Source: Patescibacteria group bacterium (lineage in GTDB: Bacteria; Patescibacteriota; Minisyncoccia; Phycocordibacterales; SIBU01). From it: 64,000 nt of DNA. How positions within the stretch are numbered: the first letter of the stretch is position 1; every line of letters begins with the position of its first letter. Below the pieces are notes generated by a model. It saw only the letters and a list, made by a program, of their open reading frames with translations. It did no database searches and was not told the origin of the DNA. The stretch lies in NCBI GenBank assembly GCA_040390045.1, contig JAZJZC010000004.1:579-64578 (forward strand), in the 5' to 3' direction. Shown here one piece after another: positions 57,604-64,000 of this stretch. The position numbers and the translations under genes were made by a program.

Positions 57604-57869
57604 AAAATATATCTTTCAAAGAAAAAGTTTTTTTAATAGTTCGAAAAATTCCCAAAGGAAAAGTTTTGACCTACAAGGAGGTTGCTCGTCGCGCGGGTAA
57701 TACAAATGCATCCCGTGCCGTGGGCGCCGTGTTGCGAACAAATTTAGACTTAGCCATTCCATGTCACCGTGTCATCCGAAGTGACGGTAGTTTCGCAGGA
57801 TACAATCGCGGTGGTACAAAAAGAAAAATCGAAATTCTCAGGAAGGAAGGATATACTTTCAGTCTATGA
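57600..57869 (+). CDS. MGMT-family DNA-binding domain protein (Ogt C-terminal domain-like, PCHRV active-site motif retained)
   Basis: 89 aa. The PCHRV motif and the HTH of the 6-O-methylguanine alkyltransferase DNA-binding domain are present. The gene is translationally coupled on both sides by ATGA overlaps. Confidence 0.65.
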   Translation: MKNISFKEKVFLIVRKIPKGKVLTYKEVARRAGNTNASRAVGAVLRTNLDLAIPCHRVIRSDGSFAGYNRGGTKRKIEILRKEGYTFSL

Positions 57870-58255
57870 TTGTTGCTCAGAAATTAGTGAAAAAATTTGT
57901 AGAAGCTCGGGGTTGGGAAAACCAACTACCAGCAGATGTGGCGAAGTCGATCTCAATTGAAGCGGCGGAACTTCTTGAACTTTTTCAGTGGTCAAGTCCT
58001 AGAGCGGCTGATGTTAAAAACGACAAGCAGAAATTTTTTGATTTGAAATGTGAACTGGCCGACGTTTTAATTTACTGCATGCATATGGCCACAATTTTAG
58101 GATTGGATCCTGAGAAAATCGTGAGAGACAAATTGGTTATCGCTGGTAAAAAATATCCTGTGCGATTGGTGCGCAAGTACGGTGAAAATGATACGTCTGC
58201 CACGGAAAAATATTTAAAAATTAGAAACGCGTATCGTAAAAACCGAAAAAAATAA
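57866..58255 (+). CDS. MazG-like nucleotide pyrophosphohydrolase
   Basis: All-alpha NTP-PPase motifs (EAAELLELFQW...ELADVLIYCMHMA). Confidence 0.65.
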   Translation: MIVAQKLVKKFVEARGWENQLPADVAKSISIEAAELLELFQWSSPRAADVKNDKQKFFDLKCELADVLIYCMHMATILGLDPEKIVRDKLVIAGKKYPVRLVRKYGENDTSATEKYLKIRNAYRKNRKK

Positions 58256-58259
58256 TCAC

Positions 58260-58691
58260 ATGGCAAAATACTGGACAGCAAAAAATTACGAGGACGTCGA
58301 AAAAGCGGAAGTTTTTTCAGAGCTTTTTGTTGTGGCTAGTGAAATCCTGAACTCAATTCCCGAACCAGTGGCTTTAGTCTCAGGACCGATTTCAACGGGG
58401 GGACTTGGATCAATTGAAAAAAATTTAGAGGTGATGGCACGAAATATTGCCGCTTTAGAGAAAAAGGGTGTGCACATTTTTAATCAATTGCCGTTTGAAA
58501 ATAAATTTAAGGAATTTTCTAAAAATTCGAAGGAATACTACACACCGATACTTGATCATTTTTACCTTCCGCTTTTTCAAACTGGAAAAATTACCAAAAT
58601 TTTCTTTGTGCCTGGTTGGGAAACTTCTACTGGAGCCAAGTGGGAATACGAGCAGGCTGAAAAGCTTGGAATCGAAAAAATCTTACTCTAA
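58260..58691 (+). CDS. DUF4406 / nucleoside 2-deoxyribosyltransferase-like protein
   Basis: LVSGPISTGG...FFVPGWETSTGAKWEYEQAEKLG matches the DUF4406 pattern. Confidence 0.5.
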   Translation: MAKYWTAKNYEDVEKAEVFSELFVVASEILNSIPEPVALVSGPISTGGLGSIEKNLEVMARNIAALEKKGVHIFNQLPFENKFKEFSKNSKEYYTPILDHFYLPLFQTGKITKIFFVPGWETSTGAKWEYEQAEKLGIEKILL

Positions 58692-58788
58692 AAGTCTAAG
58701 GTTGATTTGCGTTGAATCCCGCTAGAAAAGGTGCTAGTCTCAAATTGTTGTCTTGCGGGCAAGGCCGGGTTGCTAGGGATTCACCTCG

Positions 58789-60132
58789 GTGAATTCCGCC
58801 CATAACCTCCAAGAGACACACGAAGGGATCGTTGACATGAGAACATCTGCAATCACACACGGTGTCAGAATAGCCCGGCTGTTAGAGTCGGGTCAGTTGC
58901 GTACTCAGGACTTGGCGAAGTTTGCCGAGAAAGCCGAAGCCGCCTTTTACCCAGACGATGAAGTTGGCCGGACCGTTTCCATAGCGTTTACCATTGCCCT
59001 CGCGGCCGTTGATGACCGTGGTCCCAAGCTGGGACAGTTGGAGGCTTCCGTGTCCAAAGAGGTCTGGAACAATGAGGCAAAATGTGGCAGTTTAATCACT
59101 AAATTGGAGGATGCAGTGAAAGCCCGAAATGTTTTGGGTCAGGAACAGTTGGCCCGCGTTTGTGGATTGAAGGCTGAACTTGGTATTGAATTCTCGGTGC
59201 ATCCGCGGATCGAGTTCCCTGACGCCCTTGCTCTCGCATCGGCTCTTGTTGCACGAGCGCCACACGCGAAAAACGATTACGTTCATATGATGGAGGCACA
59301 AGGAGCTCTTGCACGGGCTTACCGGGAACTTCCTGGAAGTCTCCTGACGATGGAAGCCTGGCTTTTGAATATTGAGGCGAGGCTTCGACGTGGCAAAGAT
59401 GAGTGGGATTTTGCCGGTCTTGGTGCTGATTCAATGCCTAAATACTGTCCCTTACGGCCATGGGCATTCAATTCGCTTTTTCGAGTGACTCAATTACCAG
59501 CAGATTTTTCCGCCGCGCGATCTGCCGCGGAATTATTTCTGGACTTGGACCACGAGAAGGAAGCAAACCGCCCGCTTATAAACGCGGGATTGCACGCGCT
59601 CATTGCCCTTGCAGAGATTGCGGATTACAGTGGTCAGAAAGATTTGCAACCGGAAATTAAAGCCATCAACCAGGAGGTCCTGGGCTGGGTTGATGCCGCG
59701 CCGGAACAACTCTGCCTTGCTGACAGGATTGAAGTTTTGGTGAGGCTTTTTGGTGCGACCCGCGATCCGAAGTATGCTGTCCGATGCAGTAATTTGATGG
59801 CTTCGACAACTACCGGAGTTCCAAATGTGATCGAGAGCTACATCCGTCTTTTTGGTTTCGGTTATACCGATCTAAAAGCGGATTACTTGCTCAGGCAGGT
59901 AAAGGTATATGGAGATGAGGGGATAGTTGGGCGTCGGCGAAAAGCTAGTCTACTCCTACTGGCCATCGAAAATTCGGTCGTGAATAAAGTGGATGCTCCG
60001 AAAGTTTGGCGTGAGGCCTACGCCTTCGCCGAGCAGGAATTGGGTGACGCAGAAAAGTTCGAACTTTTCTGCCGCCTCGCCCGCGTGGCGAAGACGATGG
60101 CAGAGGTGCCAGTGTTTCCGCCGAAGTCGTAA
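58789..60132 (+). CDS. hypothetical protein (GC-rich, likely foreign)
   Basis: 447 aa, about 55% GC, Ala/Leu/Arg-rich helical. No recognised domain. Confidence 0.45.
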   Translation: MNSAHNLQETHEGIVDMRTSAITHGVRIARLLESGQLRTQDLAKFAEKAEAAFYPDDEVGRTVSIAFTIALAAVDDRGPKLGQLEASVSKEVWNNEAKCGSLITKLEDAVKARNVLGQEQLARVCGLKAELGIEFSVHPRIEFPDALALASALVARAPHAKNDYVHMMEAQGALARAYRELPGSLLTMEAWLLNIEARLRRGKDEWDFAGLGADSMPKYCPLRPWAFNSLFRVTQLPADFSAARSAAELFLDLDHEKEANRPLINAGLHALIALAEIADYSGQKDLQPEIKAINQEVLGWVDAAPEQLCLADRIEVLVRLFGATRDPKYAVRCSNLMASTTTGVPNVIESYIRLFGFGYTDLKADYLLRQVKVYGDEGIVGRRRKASLLLLAIENSVVNKVDAPKVWREAYAFAEQELGDAEKFELFCRLARVAKTMAEVPVFPPKS

Positions 60133-60196
60133 GGAGTTCTTTTATTTTTTCCAGCCGAGTTGCCCAGCGCATCTCGGTTTTTTCTTTTGCCCGCTA

Positions 60197-60234
60197 CCCG
60201 TCAACCTGCCACGTCGACGTGGCAGGTTGACGGG
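60197..60234. terminator. 38 nt perfect palindrome cccgtcaacctgccacgtc/gacgtggcaggttgacggg
   Basis: Perfect inverted repeat after the 58789-60132 gene. A second hairpin lies at 60244-60268. Confidence 0.6.
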
Positions 60235-60424
60235 TGTCGAAATGCCATTCGCACATTCGTACGAATGGGCGAATAACAATCATTATTTGACGCTTTTTTA
60301 AAATGCTGTATGTTGAAACTCGGTCTGTTCTTTGCAAGCAATTGTCGAGACAACCAACTCACGGCGAAGCTGGCCTTGTGTCAGACGTAGCCAAAGCGAA
60401 ACGCAGAATTGAAAGGATCAACCT

Positions 60425-61354
60425 ATGCTACATGCAAAGGGTAGTCTTAGCAGTGTGGAAGATGGTCACGGCATGCACAGATGGAATCCCTATCATGTGG
60501 GACACAACCTGACATCGCCGGTCCTAGATGCACTTGGAAGGAACAAAGTCGAAGCCGGTCATTTAGGTTTACTTCTGAAAGATAGGGATCGACTTGAACG
60601 TGTCGCGCGGATGATTCGTTGTGGTGGATGGTCTCTTACAGAAATGGAGGCTAGAGCATTCGATGTCCTCGGTGAATCGAGGATGCATATTGCAGATCAA
60701 GTCACAGGTTTGTGGGAGAGGCGGAAGGCTACTCTGCAAATGAAGAGTTTTGCTCTTCCGTGCGACATGATTATGGCTGCGCCGGAACGGCTCGTGTTTA
60801 TCCTGGGACTTCCTCTGATGGAAATGTACGAAAAAATCTGCCAGCATCCTCTTATTTCCCATCGACTGATGACGGAGAAAGTGCTGCCACAAATTAAAAA
60901 ATGGGAAAAGGAATATGAGCCAGCACAAGCTGGCTACCACCTCATTCGTCCACTTCAATACCAGGACAAGATTCGCTGGAATGAAGAGTCGCATGGGCGA
61001 AATATTACCCGGGAAGAAACCCTGGAGGTAATAGACTCGATCGAACCGGCCTTCCAGTATGCTTCACCCGCACTTGTTCTGGAGGCCATGATCTCGCATC
61101 TATACATCGTCGGCTACAGCGAAAAAGTTGACGAGGACACCAACGTGATCAGTCAGTTCAGTCACCGTGTCCCTGTTTCTAGGTCGGTTACTACGGTGGC
61201 GGCCGCAAATTTTGTTGGCTGCTTTTTCACCTCAGACGGAGGAGGGGAAACCTTTCCAGCAAGCAATCGAAAGCCGAAAGAGTATTATCTCGCAGTTATG
61301 CACTACCCATGGAATGGTTGGTCAGGCAATACGGTTATTTCTCGGAAACTTTGA
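60425..61354 (+). CDS. hypothetical protein (GC-rich, likely foreign)
   Basis: 309 aa, about 52% GC. Confidence 0.4.
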   Translation: MLHAKGSLSSVEDGHGMHRWNPYHVGHNLTSPVLDALGRNKVEAGHLGLLLKDRDRLERVARMIRCGGWSLTEMEARAFDVLGESRMHIADQVTGLWERRKATLQMKSFALPCDMIMAAPERLVFILGLPLMEMYEKICQHPLISHRLMTEKVLPQIKKWEKEYEPAQAGYHLIRPLQYQDKIRWNEESHGRNITREETLEVIDSIEPAFQYASPALVLEAMISHLYIVGYSEKVDEDTNVISQFSHRVPVSRSVTTVAAANFVGCFFTSDGGGETFPASNRKPKEYYLAVMHYPWNGWSGNTVISRKL

Positions 61355-61445
61355 GTTAATTTTTTTTCGTGCCCCGCGACTGCGTCGCGGGGCTTTTCTT
61401 TTTATGAGTTTTGAGAAATTTGCTGAATTCTGTATAATTGCCACC

Positions 61446-63218
61446 ATGATGACTTCCAGCGAAATCCGCCAGAAATTTCTAAAATTTTTTGAGAAACGTG
61501 GTCACGCTGTGATTCCGTCGGCATCGCTTGTGCCTGAAAATGATCCTTCTGTGCTTTTTAATACTGCAGGGATGCAACCCTTGGTGCCCTATCTTTTAGG
61601 AAAAAAGCATTCTAAAGGTACTCGTTTGGTTAATGTTCAAAAATGTGTTCGCACTCAAGATATCGATGAAGTTGGAGACAACACGCACGATACTTTTTTT
61701 GAAATGCTTGGTAATTGGTCACTCGGGGACTATTTTAAAGAAGATGCTATTAAATGGAGTTATGAACTTTTAACCTCTAAAGAGGAAGGATTTGGGTTGG
61801 ATCCAAAGAGGTTGTATGTAACGGTTTTTGGAGGAAATGATGACGCGCCGAAAGACATGGAGAGTTTTGAAATTTGGAAAAAGTATATTCCTGAGAATCG
61901 AATATATTTTTTAACGTGGAACGGAAAGAAAGAGCCAAATTGGTGGGACGCAGGAGCGGATGGTCCCTGTGGCCCAGATACAGAAATGTTTTATGATATT
62001 ACTGAAGAGGGAATTGGCGATATGACCAAGGAGGAATATTTGCGCGCTGATAGTGAGCAAAAAGTGGTGGAAATCTGGAACGATGTGTTCATGGAATTTG
62101 TTAAAAAGGATGGAAAAGTAACTGGAAAACTTTCTGCCAAAAATGTTGATACAGGTTCGGGTCTCGAACGGCTGGTCATGGCCATTCAAAAGAGGGATAA
62201 CGTTTTTGCCACGGATCTATTTCAGCCGCTCATGGACAAGATCGATGAATTTACCTCTACGAAGGATCAAACCTTAATCAAATCAAAAAGAATTGTAGCA
62301 GATCACATCCGAACCTCGGTGTTTATGATTGGAGACGGAGTTGTTCCGTCAAATACCGAGCAGGGGTATATCCTAAGAAGGTTGTTACGCCGAGCAGTTA
62401 GACATGCAGACAAACTTTCAATGAAGCACGGTTCACTTTTCTGGATTGCGGAAACGGTTATTGAAAAATACAAGGAGGTGTATCCAGAACTGCTTGAACG
62501 AAAAGAGATAATAAAAACTGAAATTGATAAGGAAGAGCAGAAATTTAGAACCACGCTTGATCGAGGTTTGAAAGAATTTGAAAAAGGAACGGATCCTTTT
62601 ACACTTTTTTCAAGTTATGGATTTCCAATTGAACTGACGATGGAGTTGGCACAGGAAAAAGGTGTTGTGATTGACATAGAAAAATTTAATGAAGAATTTA
62701 AAAAACATCAGGAACTTTCACGCTCTGGTGCTGAGCAAAAATTTAAAGGCGGCTTGGCCGACGCGGGGAATCCAACAGTTGTAAAATATCATACAGCGAC
62801 GCACTTACTTCATCAGGCTTTGCACGACGTGCTCGGAGAAAATGCCAATCAAAAGGGAAGTAACATTACGCCAGAGCGACTACGATTTGATTTTTCACAT
62901 GATACGAAAATGACTGATGAAGAAAAAAAACGAGTGGAAGATATTGTAAACAAAAAAATTACAGAAGCAATGCCAGTAGGTAATGTTATTTTGCCTCGTA
63001 CCGAGGCTGAGAAAGTTGGTGCGCGACATTTCTTTGGCGAAAAATACGGAGAGGAAATTTCGATTTATTTTATCGGTAACGATTTACAATCAGCATATTC
63101 CAAAGAATTTTGCGGTGGCCCACACGTCAAAAACACCTCAGAAATCGGACATTTTAAAATTGTTAAAGAAGAGGCAGTTTCAGCTGGAGTTCGGAGAATT
63201 AAGGCGGTGATTAGTTAG
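61446..63218 (+). CDS. alaS: alanine--tRNA ligase, short form (catalytic + tRNA-recognition + editing-site HxxxH)
   Basis: The N-terminal class II AlaRS motifs (SEIRQKFLKFFEKRGH...FNTAGMQ...MLGNWSLGDYFK) and HTATHLLHQALHDVLG are present. It lacks the C-terminal domains of long AlaRS. The start was reassigned to 61446. Confidence 0.8.
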   Translation: MMTSSEIRQKFLKFFEKRGHAVIPSASLVPENDPSVLFNTAGMQPLVPYLLGKKHSKGTRLVNVQKCVRTQDIDEVGDNTHDTFFEMLGNWSLGDYFKEDAIKWSYELLTSKEEGFGLDPKRLYVTVFGGNDDAPKDMESFEIWKKYIPENRIYFLTWNGKKEPNWWDAGADGPCGPDTEMFYDITEEGIGDMTKEEYLRADSEQKVVEIWNDVFMEFVKKDGKVTGKLSAKNVDTGSGLERLVMAIQKRDNVFATDLFQPLMDKIDEFTSTKDQTLIKSKRIVADHIRTSVFMIGDGVVPSNTEQGYILRRLLRRAVRHADKLSMKHGSLFWIAETVIEKYKEVYPELLERKEIIKTEIDKEEQKFRTTLDRGLKEFEKGTDPFTLFSSYGFPIELTMELAQEKGVVIDIEKFNEEFKKHQELSRSGAEQKFKGGLADAGNPTVVKYHTATHLLHQALHDVLGENANQKGSNITPERLRFDFSHDTKMTDEEKKRVEDIVNKKITEAMPVGNVILPRTEAEKVGARHFFGEKYGEEISIYFIGNDLQSAYSKEFCGGPHVKNTSEIGHFKIVKEEAVSAGVRRIKAVIS

Positions 63219-63380
63219 CCAAACTCAGCCTTTACCGGCTCATTTATGTGCAACACCGGGTGTTGCACATTTCTTCACAAATTTATAAATTCCTCACATA
63301 CATTAATAACACACGGCCGGGTGTTATTAATGTATGTGGCTCAGTTGATAAGTATCACTAAAGAAAAAACCGCAGAAATA

Positions 63381-63632
63381 TTATCTGCGGCTCGATGAAA
63401 AATAGCCCATTGGCAAATCGGGTATTTCCAAAAATTTTACATCATCTGGGTCGACCGATTTGTCCCCGATCACCACTGTGTCTCGGTCTACCTTGCCAAT
63501 ACTTCCTGACAAGACATCCCCTCGCGGATTACGCGGGTACAAAACCACTTTATGGCCACGCTGCTCCGCTGTGCGCAGGCCTCTAAGTAAATTTGCTGTA
63601 TGTAGCGCATCAACTAATAAATTGTCGCTCAT
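63381..63632 (-). CDS. hypothetical protein (GC-rich)
   Basis: 83 aa ORF in a locally GC-rich stretch. Confidence 0.3.
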   Translation of the reverse strand: MSDNLLVDALHTANLLRGLRTAEQRGHKVVLYPRNPRGDVLSGSIGKVDRDTVVIGDKSVDPDDVKFLEIPDLPMGYFSSSRR

Positions 63633-63779
63633 AGCATATGTCTTTCGATGGGTGTTTGTACTGCACTACTATTTCAAGAATATCTGTAATCACTGAGTGA
63701 AGTCAAGCAATATTCTCTATCTCTAATGCTCCATGCTGTGTGTTCCATGCTTCATGCTCCCCGTGCTATAATTTCCCCA

Positions 63780-64000
63780 TGGGTTTTTTGAACTTTTCAA
63801 AAAAAACAACCAAACCGGTTGAAATTATCTTGGACATTGGCAACAACACTGTCGGTGGCGGTATTTTTGAGCGCGGCCAAAATGGTCACGCGACTCTCTT
63901 GTATTCTGCTCGCGAATCTATCACTCAGCAAGGCGTGTTAACGGGAGAAAGTTTACTTAACGCTACTACTCGTTCGCTCGACCTTGTGCTCGTGCACCTC
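63780..64000 (+). CDS. hypothetical protein, 5' partial (runs off window)
   Basis: Open frame from ATG 63780 to the window end. Confidence 0.3.

Noticed and set aside
61167-61445. 5' extension of alaS ORF
   Set aside because: It overlaps the end of the upstream gene. AlaRS homology starts at MMTSSEIRQKF (ATG 61446).
1-64000. CRISPR array or rRNA genes
   Set aside because: No regularly spaced direct repeats with unique spacers, and no stretch resembling 16S/23S/5S conserved cores.

Overview
This is a 64 kb AT-rich bacterial chromosomal segment with a few sharply GC-rich islands. Several features point to a reduced, CPR/Patescibacteria-like genome, but I cannot prove the taxonomy from sequence alone. 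These are a single-chain class II ribonucleotide reductase, a short-form AlaRS, S21, GH130 phosphorylases, the FtsA/FtsZ pair, MurJ and LepA.

I support about 65 protein-coding genes. There are 8 intact tRNA genes: Ser-GGA, Gly-CCC, Arg-CCT, Phe-GAA, Ser-CGA on the minus strand, Glu-TTC and Val-GAC. One tRNA-Gly gene is nested inside a decayed tRNA-Gly-like gene. I found no rRNA and no CRISPR array.

The most unusual findings are:
- A family of five mutually similar 120-240 nt elements, each immediately 3' of a tRNA gene. Each is bounded by an inverted and a direct copy of the cognate tRNA's T-arm and acceptor 3' end, and they share a conserved core.
- A translationally coupled four-gene operon encoding a CHAT caspase-like protease, an MGMT/Atl-like protein, a MazG-like NTP pyrophosphatase and a DUF4406 (nucleoside 2-deoxyribosyltransferase-like) protein. 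It sits beside an ATP-cone/Mrr-like endonuclease fusion and GC-rich foreign genes, and may be a defense or nucleotide-sensing island.
- Two roughly 700 nt GC-rich, ORF-free, hairpin-dense regions, at 17.86-18.53 kb and 54.34-55.05 kb. The first is closed by a perfect 45 bp inverted repeat.
- Roughly 110 bp direct repeats bracketing nrdJ, each carrying a compensatory NrdR-box-like palindrome.
- Several dispersed short repeat families: ATACGAA-array palindromes, AGCT-rich palindromes and gattcaagattcatgatt. Some are inserted in frame inside conserved genes (tsaD, valS, mnmA).
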